A stretch of 63,944 nucleotides of DNA, the filler included, from Reclinomonas americana ATCC 50394 (Eukaryota), in assembly GCA_048213135.1 (NCBI GenBank). It is 19 parts of 19 records of this genome, joined end to end, with 100 filler letters (N's around TTAATTAATTAA, not from the genome) between each part and the next. Parts side by side here need not be neighbours in the genome. Positions count along the whole stretch, not along the records: positions 1 to 9,751 come from AFZH01017898.1; positions 9,852 to 15,810 come from AFZH01017900.1; 17 more parts are not named here. One strand, given 5' to 3'. The number at the start of each line of letters is the position of its first letter. The first letter of the stretch is position 1. The position numbers and the translations under genes were made by a program. Positions 1 through 10,327 of this stretch are shown piece by piece. The notes beneath the pieces were generated by a model that searched no databases, was not told the DNA's origin, and worked only from the letters and a program-made list of their open reading frames with translations.

Positions 1-564
1 TCTCTCTCTCTCTCTTTTCTTCTCTCTCTTCTTTCTCGGGTTGAGTTGAAGCTTCAACTTCCTGGCGTGTGAAGAAGTGCGTGCCGTTCAACTCCCAAGT
101 CTCTCACCCTCTCCCGCTCTCTTTTCTTTTCATCTCTGCTTTCTCAGGTTGAGGTGAAGCTTCGGCTTCAGAGTGCGGAGGCGTACGAGCAAGTGCGTGC
201 CGTTCAACTTCCACTCTCTCGCGCTCTCTCGCGCTCGCCTCTCTTATCACTTTTCTTTCTCACGTTGAGTTGACGCTTCGGCTTCGGAGCGCGATGTTGC
301 ATGAACCGAATCCCACGGCTTGAACGGTAAGACTCTCTCGCTCTTTCTCTCTCTTCACGCGTTTCACTCTCTCTCTCTCTCGCTACCTTTGTCTCAGATT
401 GACGTGCTTTCGAATACGGAAGCGTACAAACAAGCGCGTTCAGCTTCCCTCTCACTCAATCTCTCTCTCCCTCTGTCATTCCTTCCTCTTTGGCGTCTAT
501 TTCCTTGTCTCTCACTCCCTCCCTTTCTTTTCCTCTTCACCCCCTTCCCCCTCTTCGCACTCAC

Positions 565-3112
565 CCGCACGAAACGCATCGACGACCTTCTTGATCAACT
601 GCCTGGCGTTGTTATTCGTCTGCCCATAGTTCTCCGGCCACGACGCAGTCAGCACGAGACCGGCCGCCGCCAGCACCACCAGTGACAGGTCAAAGGGTGC
701 GACAGGGCCTGGTGAATCGCACAAGTTCAGCATCACTTCTCACGACTTTGGGAGGATATGAAACTCTCACGCACCAAACCACTCCTTGAAAAAGTAGGCC
801 ACGACGCCAGCCACGATTGCCACGACGCCGTTGCCAAAGGCGCCGTATGAGAATGTCGACACCAGTTGCTTGTTGGTGAAGCCGCGCTGCAACAATGCGG
901 TGAGGGAGCGAGCAAGAGAAGGAGAGACATCTTCACCCTTTCACGCACCAAATGATGCTCGTGCACCATCCACGTCTCAAACGCCGAGTACAGCAGCGAC
1001 GTGGCCGTGCCGCCGGCGATGCGACCAATCATCAGCACGGTGAAGCTGCTGAAATGCTTGGTCACGCATGCAAAGCCGTAGATGCAGCAGTACGCCACGC
1101 AGCCGAATCGACGGCCCCTGCAGCGGCGGCGGGAGTTAGCAGGGCGGGAGGAAGACGGAGGCTGGGAATGCACGCAACATGACATCCACCAGCGTGCCCG
1201 CCACCGTGCCCAGCAGCATGCTGCTGCCAAAGCCGGCGATGAAGAGCGCGCCGATCTCGCCTCGTGAGAATCCGTACAGCTTGTACAGGTCGTATACGTA
1301 GGGTCCTTGCAGCCAGTCGCCGCCTGCACGAATCAGGGAGAAGTGAGCGCCAGAGAGAGGGGAAGAGGGGATGGGGCGAGCAGTGTTGCTCTCTGCGATA
1401 TGGGTGTGACAAGTACCAGTTCTCTTGACATCCAAGTCGAAAGGTACGTGGTCACCCTCTCTATCTCTCTGCGAAGAATCCATTCCTCAAGGGCCTGCTC
1501 TCTGAATCCCGAACTCTCTCGCTCACGAAGCGTTTCCAACAAGCCCCTCTTGCCGCGTTGACCCTTCTTTCTCCACTTGGGTGACGGGGAGGAGAAGACA
1601 GAGACGGGAAGACAGGAAGGAGAGGACGCAGAACTTGTGCTTGCGGCAAGCGTGGAAGGCAGGCGACAAGCTCTCTCTCTCTCTCTCTCTGAATGTCACT
1701 CGCGATTCCTTCCCAACAATACTATCTGCCCACTCGACTCTTGGTGTTGTTCTTCACTCGGAGACGGAGAGGGAAAGACGGAGAGGAGAAGGCAGAGGGA
1801 GAAGACAGAGAGGAGAAGACAGGAAGGAGAGGATGCAGAATTTGTGCGTGCGGCAAGCGTGGTGGGCAGGTGATAGGCTTTTTGTTCTCTCGCACTCTCT
1901 CTCTGAATGTCACTCGCGATTCCTCCTCAACAATACTATTTGCCCACTCGACTCTTGGTGTTGTTCTTCACCCGGGAGACGGAGAGGGAAAGACGGAGGA
2001 GAAGGCAGAGAGGGACAGCTGACATGCTCTCTCTCTCCCTCTCACCCTCCCTCTTCCACTCGCTCTTGCTTCTCCAGCCCACCATTCTTCAAAGCTTTCC
2101 CTCGCTCCAACTCTTCCTCTCTCGTTGAATGTACTCTGTCTTCTTCCTCACTCCCACCTGCCCTCTCCAGATGCTCCCTCCCTTTCTCGTCTCTACCTGT
2201 TCTCTCTCACTCGCATTCATCGAATGCAAGAAGCCTTCTGCGACGAGAGCCAAAGAAACGAGAGCAGAACTCTGTTTTCTCTCTCGCTCCCTCCTGACTA
2301 TGTCAACTTCCTTCTTCCTGAACGCTTCTTCTTCTCTCTCATGCATGTAATGCAAGAAGCCCTCAGCGACAAGAAGGGCAGAACTCTTTCGATTTCTTCT
2401 TCTTCGTTCTCATTCTCTGACCGCAGAAAGCATTCTGCTTGAATACCTAAGAGACAGCTGCTGTTATCTATCTTCCCCTCGTCGAGCCCCTGCTCCACTC
2501 ACTCACTCTTTGCAGAAGGCGGAAGACAACCAAGATCCAAAACCCGAACACTGATCATTTTCTCAATTCCTTCCCCCCACTTTGCCCCCTTTCCCTTCCT
2601 CCTTCCCCCCCACATTACCACTCACCAAACGCCAACAAGAAGATGAGCAGATAGTTGAGCCGAAAATCCGCAAACGCCTTGTCCTGCGGATCGACCGTCG
2701 AATGCCCGCCCGGCGCCGCCTCCAACACCACCAACTCAGCCGACGACGTTACCGCCGCCGACGACGACGACGTTGACAATGCCGTCCCACCGTTCGGCGT
2801 CCCAGTCGCGGCCGCGGGAACCGCAGCGACAGTCGGCGATTCCCCAAAGCGACGCTTACTCGCGCTCGGTGACAATGGCGACGATGACGGCGTCAGTGAT
2901 GATGCTTTGGCGGGAGGCGCGAGTGTGGCGGTGCTCGCGGCGGCATTGGCCGAGGAAGGCGAGGCGAGTGGGAGTGGCTGAGGTGGAGGCGGTGAGGAGC
3001 GCAAGGCGGTGAATCCTTCGCGTCGCCGCGTGGCCGAGGCCTCCATGCGTTGCTGGTAGATCACCAGTGCGGCGCACACGCCGAGTAGTATGATGAAGAT
3101 GGCCACGTACAT
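565..3112 (-). CDS. MFSD5: MFS molybdate-anion transporter (MFSD5/MOT2 family), multi-exon, 3' end beyond window start
   Basis: ATG at 3112 with an N-terminal TM (MYVAIFIILLGVCAALVIY). Spliced exons give FRLNYLLIFLLAFGGDWLQGPYVYDLY..IGALFIAGFGSSMLLGT..GRRFGCVAYCC..GRIAGGTATSLLYSAFETWMVHEH..GPVAPFD..WPENYG, hallmark MFSD5 motifs. Intron 1 is 2625-1324. Confidence 0.92.
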
Positions 3113-4050
3113 TGTTCTCCCTGTGTGAGAGAAAACGAAGTGGAGGGCGGTTTCGCGCGCAGGACGTCGGCGACGCGTGTGCGTGGCGGCTTCTTTTTTT
3201 TTTCTTTTCGCGGTATTGGTGAGTGCTGAGGAGAGTGGTGATTGTGGTGGTTCAGTGTATGTGTGGGGAGCGCGAGATTAATCAAAAGACATCACGATAT
3301 TGTCGACGTCGATGAATAGTGGAACTTTTCGCGCTCACCTCGCACCATGCTACGTATCGCCAGGTAGCGCGTAACGCGCCCTGCACAAAGGCATGTGCTG
3401 ACTATGGCCTTCTCTGTCATGATCCTTGACAATTTCGATTTCTGGTGAACGTCGGAATGAGAAAGCACTGCGCCAGCTGCGTCTCGATTGTTTTTCTCAT
3501 GTTTTCAACTATAGCAAATGATGGAGAAGCAAACAGCGCTTGCAGAATTCGGCGAACTTGTCTCCACCGTGAGAGAAGCGACGAGCCGTGAAATTCTTGG
3601 AACGAAATTTCCGTCGCCGGCTCCTTGTAAGCCGTCTTGTAGCATGCTGTATATTGCCGAGTAGCGTACAATGTGCTGTACATGGTGGCAAGCACAGAAG
3701 CTGCTTGTTCCAGTCACTATCATCGACAACATCGATTTCTGGCGAACTTCGGAGAATGGTTGCTCTCTGAAACCTCGTTTCATCTGCTTCGTCCACGTAA
3801 CTACCACTTCAAAGGCTGAAGAAGCGAATAACACTTGCAGAATCCATCGTAGTGGTCTGCCTGTTGAGAAAACGAACGAGTCAAGCATTGCAGGAACAAA
3901 TTTGAATGCAGTGTCTGTATCGCCCTTCTCGCAACTCTCCGCGTTGTATGCTGCATGTCAGCGAGTAGCGCATGACGCGCTCTCCACGCCTGGCCTTACC
4001 AAAACGTCGAGGAGAGAGTGAAATTTACTTGCAATCATCGATCTCTGGCG

Positions 4051-7000
4051 ATGAGAAAACGCATTGCGATCGCCCTTGTCGCCTTACTCATCATAGGCAT
4101 CGCTCACGGAGAAGTCGACTATGACACTGACGATAGCAACGACCTCAACACAATCAGTGACAGCAATCATGTCACGCGCGGAGTCACCTTCTTCACGTGC
4201 CCAAAGAGCGGCGGGCGTGCACTTCGCGCGCAACGCAACGCGGTGTTGAGTTGGAAGGCGATTGGTGGGCGGGTGTTGCTGGTGGCGCCCGATGTGGACA
4301 AGGAGTGGGCGGAGAGGCTGGGAGTGGGGTGGGTGCGGTCGCGGAGGGTGTCGGAGCATGGAACGCCGTTGATGGATGAGGTGTTTGAGTTGGCGCAGAG
4401 GGTGAGTGGGTGAAAGGGAGAAGGGAGTCATGCAATTCCTTTGTCTTGTGTCATTATGAGGAGAGAGTGTCATGATAGTTGTCGTGAGGTAGGACGATGA
4501 AGTGAGAATGAGGGGTGTGAGTGAGAGTGAAGAGGAGAGCGAGTGAGCACAGCGAGTGAGAGGGTGAGAGGGAATGGAGAGCACAGAGAGTGAGAACGAA
4601 GGGCACAGTGACTGGAATAGAGAACAGTGCAGAGCTCAGCAAGTGGGAAAGAGCACAGTGAGTGGGAATGAAGGGCACAGCGAGTGAGAATGAAGAGCAC
4701 AGTGCGTGGGAAGGGCACAGCAAGTGTGAGGCACAGCAAGTGGGATTGAGGAGGAGAACGACTGGGAATGGAGAGCGAGAGGGAATGAAGAGCGCAGTTA
4801 GTGAGAATGAGGTGCGAGGCGAGAGGAAAGAAGAGCTCAGCGAGTGGGAATGGAGAGCAGAATGAGTGGGCATGGAGAGAATAGCGAGTGCGGATGGAGA
4901 GGAGAGCGAGTGGGAATGAAGAGCTCAGCGAGTGGGATTGAAGAGCACAGCGAGTGCGGATGGAGAGGAGAGCGAGTGGGAATGAAGAGCTCAGCGAGTG
5001 GGATTGAAGAGCATAGCGAGTGGGATTGGAGAGCACAGGGAGTGACGATGGAGAGCACAGAGAGTGGGAATGGAGAGCGCAGCGAGTGGGGAAGAAGAGG
5101 AGAGCGAGTGTGAGGCACAGCAAGTGGGAATGAAGGGAGGAGCGAGTGGGAATGGAGAGCACAGTGAGTGGGGATGGAGAGCACAGCAAGTGGGATTGAA
5201 GCACAGCGAGTGGGAGCGAAGAGAGAAGTGAGTGGGAACGAAGGGCACAACGAGAGGGATTGAAGAGCACAGCGAATGGGATGGAAGAGCGCAGCGAGTG
5301 GCACAGTGAGTGAGAATGAAGAGAGGAGCAAGTGGGAATGAATGGCACAGCGAGTGGGAGTGAATGGCACAACGAGTGAGAATGGAGCGCACAGTGAGTG
5401 GGATTGAAGAGCACAGCGAGTGGGATTGAAGCACAGCGAGTGGATGTAGTGCATCGAGCGGCCTTGGAGTCTGCGTGAGCTGCCTCCAACTCCTTTTTCC
5501 ACGTGCAGCGTTAAGTGAGCGCCTGCCTTCTTCATTGATCTCTGCACGCAGAAGAGCACAACTCAGAATCGCATTCATTACTGTTCTCAGCACACTGTGC
5601 ATGGTTTGAGTATCCGAGAATCTCACCTAGCTCGAAACGCACAAGTCGTGCAACGATGATATGTTTTCTGCGTAAATCCGGATTTCCACGGAGTCTTCAC
5701 ATTGTTCACTTTCTTTCCTGTTGAACCCCCTTCATTGTGTTGACTCGGATCGTTCACTGTCGAAACTCCAAGCACCATTATTTCATCGCCCTCGTTCACC
5801 TGTCCCCTTCTTCATTCTCGCCTCCGCGCGTGCAATCTTCCTCATCTCCCCCTTTCCCTCACCGTATCTTATCCTCACTTGCCCTCTCCTTTCCCCCGCT
5901 CCCACTTGCCTCATTTCCCTCATCTTTCCCTTACCTTTCCCTCTGTCTCACTTCCATTCTCTCACCCTCCCACTTGCCCTCAATTGCACTTACTCATCTC
6001 TCCTTCCTCCTACCCCCTTCCCTCCTTTCCCCCGTTCCTTCTTGCCTCACTCTTCCCTCCTTCCCCCTTCCCACCTTCCCCCCCTTCCCCCCTTCCCCCC
6101 TTCCCCCTTCCCCTCTCCCCCCTTTCCCTTATTTCCCTTATTTCCCCTTCCCAGGAGGCAACCACCGACATCATGGTCTACCTCAACGCCGACATTGTGC
6201 TCACCCCCGCATTCATGCACGCCGTCGACGCGGTGTGGCGACACGCCACGCAACACCCACCACGCGGGCAGGCCGCCGCCAACTTTCTCATGATTGGGCG
6301 GCGCACCAATGTGCGCCTGGACGAGGAGCTCGATTTCGGCGCCGAGGCGGACCATCGGGTGGGTCCGCACAGCAGTCGGCGCGGCACATGGTTGCGGCGG
6401 GTGCTGGAGGTGGTGGAGCGCACGGGCGAGTTGTACGACACGCGCGCCGTCGACTACTTTGCCTTCCGGCGCGGCTCGCTGTCGATTCGGCCGTTTGCCA
6501 TCGGCCGCATGGTGTGGGACACGTGGCTCGTGCACCACGCCTCCAACACACTCGGCTTTCTGACTGTAGTTGCGAGATTCTGCAATTGTGGGAGGTGAGG
6601 AAAGCATGTTGCTCACCAATGTTGGGGGGTGTAGGACGCGTCGGCGGTGGTGGTGGCGGTGCACCAGGCGCACGACTACTCGCACGTGAAGAATCTGCGC
6701 GGCGGCAGCAGCAAGGACGACGTCTATCGATCCATCGAGTCGGATAATAATTATGCGGTGGCGTGCGGACCGGCGGCGTTGACGAGGTACGCTTCATGGA
6801 GAGAGAGATATTGGGAGAAGAGCGACTCACCCATGTTGGATCGCAGCGCGGCGGCTCGCAGTCAGTGCGAGTCCATTCGGTACGGCTCCACGGCACACGC
6901 ACCGTGGGAGCTGTTGCACTCGTGTAGCACGGCGCAGTTGCCGAGAATATCGGCGACGGACGTGCAGGGCAACGAGAGCACTCCGTATCTGCCCACACGA

Positions 7001-7399
7001 CTCACGGCCGACATGCTGCCGTTTTGCGTCACGCGGAGGTGCGCCGTGTGTCCGATTCGCAACTTTCACGGCGGCTGCTACGAGCCACCATTCGCGCCCG
7101 TGTGTCGTGTGGCGCAAGTGAATACGGGTCCCGAGGCGTTCCGCGTGGTACGTGCTTTAATATGATTACTGTGAGGGGGAGTGGCTCACTCCGTCGTGCC
7201 ACAGCCGTACGAGTCGAGTCCACGCGTCTCCGTCGAGTACAATTATACGGCGCTCGCGGGTGTGCTGGGACTCCTCGCTGGCATCATGCTGACGCTGATT
7301 GTGATTTTGGTGCAATCGAGAAGGCGACAGGGCGGTCGTCGGCCGAGCCGCTTGTCGCCCACGGGATTTTTGACGACGCCCGACTCGAAGGAGTTGTAA
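4051..7399 (+). CDS. Putative GT-A glycosyltransferase (bacterial hypothetical GT / RAY1 N-terminal-domain-like) with signal peptide and C-terminal TM
   Basis: Signal peptide MRKRIAIALVALLIIGIAHG. Motifs TFFTCPK..QRNAVLSW..EHGTPLM..YLNADIVL..MIGRR..VDYFAF..PFAIGRMVWDTWL..DASAVVVAVHQAHDYSH. Introns 4402-6154, 6569-6634 and ~7149-7204, possibly also ~6787-6846. Last exon has TM ALAGVLGLLAGIMLTLIVILV and stops at 7399. Confidence 0.75.
4540..5445. repeat. Intronic minisatellite, ~22-nt degenerate unit (GAGCACAGCGAGTGGGAATGAA-like)
   Basis: Dozens of imperfect copies visible inside intron 1 of the glycosyltransferase gene. Confidence 0.9.
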
Positions 7400-7506
7400 T
7401 GTATGGCTTAGAAGGTGTGTTTATTGGAGAGGGAAGGGGGTGGGGAAAGGGGGAGACGGAGAGGGAAGGATGAAGGGAGAGAGAGAAAAAGAAAGAAAGA
7501 GAGAAG

Positions 7507-7830
7507 CAACGAGCAGATGACAGCTGGAGTGTCTCTGGGGTTATGAAAAAATCACTTCACTCTTTGCGAGAGTTTGTCAAATAGCGTCGCGGTCCTACGT
7601 GTGCAGAGTGAAGCCTGAATCGCGCAGTATCGCCGACTGCAGAGAGCGAGAGAGAGAGAGAGCAAGAAAGAAAGAGAGAGAAAATGCAGAGGAAGACGAG
7701 CAGATGACAGCTGGAGTGTCGCTGACTCTTATGAAAATCACTTCACTCTTTGCAAGAGTTTGTCAATTAGCGCCGCGCTCCAATTATTGCGGAGTGAAGC
7801 CTGAATCACGTAGCATCACTGACTGCAGGA
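7507..7830. repeat. Intergenic direct duplication (~190-nt period)
   Basis: GAGCAGATGACAGCTGGAGTGTC...ATCACTTCACTCTTTGC...GAGTGAAGCCTGAATC occurs at ~7511 and ~7698. Confidence 0.85.
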
Positions 7831-8669
7831 GAGAAAGAAAGAAAGAAAGAAAACAGAGCGCGAAAGCAGCTCTGTGGCCGCGCGTCCGGCATGTCACTGG
7901 CCAAAGAGCGCGACGTGCCCCAAGCACATCCTTGTCAGAAAACAACTGGCGCCCGAGACGAATAACCAAGTCAGAAGAGCGTCCTCGCGAGCTCCAAGTG
8001 AGAGCAGCAAGGAATGGCAGCAGTGTCGCACAGCGTCAGAGTGAAACTGAGGCCTGAGTCGCGAAGTATTTGCCAGTCTCACGAACAAGTCACACAGCGT
8101 TACCGTGGCTGCTCTAAAGCGAATAAGCGCAAAACAGCCACACGCGTCACGATCCAAGTCAGTGACCGACAGCCAGAGTCGCACAGCATCGCCAACCAGA
8201 AGCACACCCAAGTCGCAACAGAACTTCACCTCTTCAAGAGGCAGACAAGCGAAGAGGTGCTTCCCAGCCAGCGGCCTACAGCTTAAGTCGCGAAGTATCA
8301 CCAACAGCCAGAATCACGCCCAAGTCACAATGGCATCGAGGAAGTGCACATCATGCTGCACGAGGGTCGCATTCCCACTTCAGTAGGAGGTGCCCGGAGT
8401 CTCATTGTATCGCAGACAGCAAGAACCATCCCGTCGCCGGTGCAGGAGAGAGTGGCGACGCGATACTGAGTCACGTTCCCAGCCATACTCACTTCAAAAT
8501 CACAAAAATGTCACCGAGCAAAGTAGAACTGCAGCAGGGCCGCATGAGCTCTCGTTCCAACGGCAAGAGGAGTCAACGTCCAGAGTCACGCCCGTGCCAG
8601 AAGCCACGTGCGTGTCCATGCACCGTCACCCCCCATGAGTTCCCTTCTCCGCTACCCTTCCATTGCCGA

Positions 8670-9529
8670 TCACAATCCCCCCACAGTCTCCGCACACAAC
8701 CCGTCAAACTGCCGACACAGCTGCTCCACCAAATCCCCGCCGCCCTCGTCGCCAGCGGCCAACTCTGCCAGTCGCGCCTCCGAGTGCTCGCTGAGAAATG
8801 CCGTGCGTGCGGTGCCGAGAGCAGAGGCCACCACCGCCTTTGATGACCCTGCACTGGCACTGACATGCACGCCCACGATTCGCCGCGTGGCCAAATCGAC
8901 CTTGTGGCGCACACTGCGCGCAGTGGCCAGTCGACTGGCCTCCTGCGCAAGCTCGGCGGCCGCCCGCCGCTGCAGCTCACACCACGACACCTCCAGTGCC
9001 TCCCACAATCGCGTCACGGTGCACTGCTCGGCGCAATCCGTTTCCCACCACAGCGCGCGTTCCCAGCCGCACTCGCGCTCCGCCGGCCACTCGAATCGCT
9101 GCTCCATGCGCTCCATCACTTCGTCGTCCACGCGCTCCTCCGCGCTCGTCCGCTGTGCGTTGCGTTCGCGGCACGTGGCGGGTGGCGTGCGCAAAAAGAG
9201 CTCCAGGAAGGAGCACCCGTCGGCTGGGCAGTCGCGATGTGAGGGATGGGCTGATTGAGAATAAGTGCGCGAGTGGTCGTACCGTGCGAGCGACACAAGG
9301 CGTAGAACTCGTGACGCATGCTGGCGTAGTAAAAGTTGTCTTCGACGAGCAGCAGGCGGCGCGAGTCCTTGTCTCCCTCCTCCTCCGTGAGCAACCAGTC
9401 GCGCACTCGGTCCAGGGTGTGGGCGCGTGAGAGGTGCCAGCTGTCGCGGTCGAACGCGGCAGAGGTGTGCGTGTCGCGGTAGACGTCGTCCATGAGGAGG
9501 GCGGTGAGGGGGAGGGTGGGGTTGGAGAG
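8670..9529 (-). CDS. PSTK: O-phosphoseryl-tRNA(Sec) kinase, 5' exon (Walker A) missing in gap
   Basis: LLLVEDNFYYASMRHEFYALCRSH..FLELFLRTPPATCRERNAQR..VMERMEQRFEWP..GWE..HKVDLATRRIVG follows the PSTK pattern DDNFYYxSMRxE..CLxRNxxR. One short internal GT-AG intron; stop at 8670. Confidence 0.85.
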
Positions 9530-9751
9530 CTGGGAGGGTGGGGTCAAAGGGGGAAGGAAGGGGGAAAGGGGAAGAGGGGAGAAGGGAAGAAGAGAAGGGA
9601 AGAAGAGAAGGGAAGAAGAGAAGGGAAGAAGAGAAGGGAAGAAGAGAAGGGGAAGAGAAGGGAAGCGAAGGAGAGGGAAGGGGAAGAGAAGAGGGACGAG
9701 AAGGGGAAGCGAAGGGGGAAGAGAAGGGGGAAGAGAAGGGGGAAGAGAAGG

Positions 9752-9851
9752 NNNNNNNNNNNNNNNNNNNNNNNNNNNNNNNNNNNNNNNNNNNNTTAAT
9801 TAATTAANNNNNNNNNNNNNNNNNNNNNNNNNNNNNNNNNNNNNNNNNNNN
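9752..9851. other. Assembly gap placeholder (N run + TTAATTAATTAA + N run); first of 18 in the window
   Basis: 100-nt spacers start at 9752, 15811, 22113, 23425, 25683, 26944, 29310, 30601, 32422, 34564, 36593, 41745, 44206, 48962, 50565, 56760, 59739 and 62836. The linker gives stops in all six frames. Confidence 0.98.
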
Positions 9852-10061
9852 CGGTGGCTTTGCATTCTTCTCCTCTTTCTTCACTTCTGATGGGGGACGA
9901 CGATGCACAGCGCGCACCACACAGAACACATATTGTTCCTCGTCAGAGAGTCGCATCACTTGCTGCTCGAGAACAATCTGACTGTCTCCATCTGCGCGAG
10001 GAGGAGGAGGAGGAACAGAGGCTGAGCCACTGCCTTCACCACCACCGTCTTTGAATCCCAT
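9852..10061 (-). CDS. First exon of a third tandem copy (C) of the TRAF-ZnF/TLDc gene, remainder in gap
   Basis: MGFKDGGGEGSGSASVPPPPP..QIVLEQQVMRLS is nearly identical to exon 1 of copy A at 13061, exactly 3000 nt away. Confidence 0.8.
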
Positions 10062-10327
10062 TCTTCTGTCAACAATGACGAAGGAGAGAGATAAGAGAGG
10101 ACGCTGATATAGGACGTCTTTTTCTCCGACGTGAAGCCGCAACAACAGTCCGCGTTGTGTGGGTTCTGTGCGACAGCTCAGTTGCCATTCCTGCTTTTGA
10201 TAGAGAGGTGTGCAACGAGTGGCAAAACACATTTGCATCTATATTCGCCCAGCGTGGTGCTTGATCATGAACGATGCACGTGATATGAATGTCACTTGAA
10301 CGACCAGAGAGCACAGTGTTCTGTCGT

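Noticed and set aside
3425..3850. Short ORFs and a diverged ~300-nt-period repeat between the divergent MFSD5 and GT genes
   Set aside because: No recognisable product; most likely a decayed local duplication in the promoter region.
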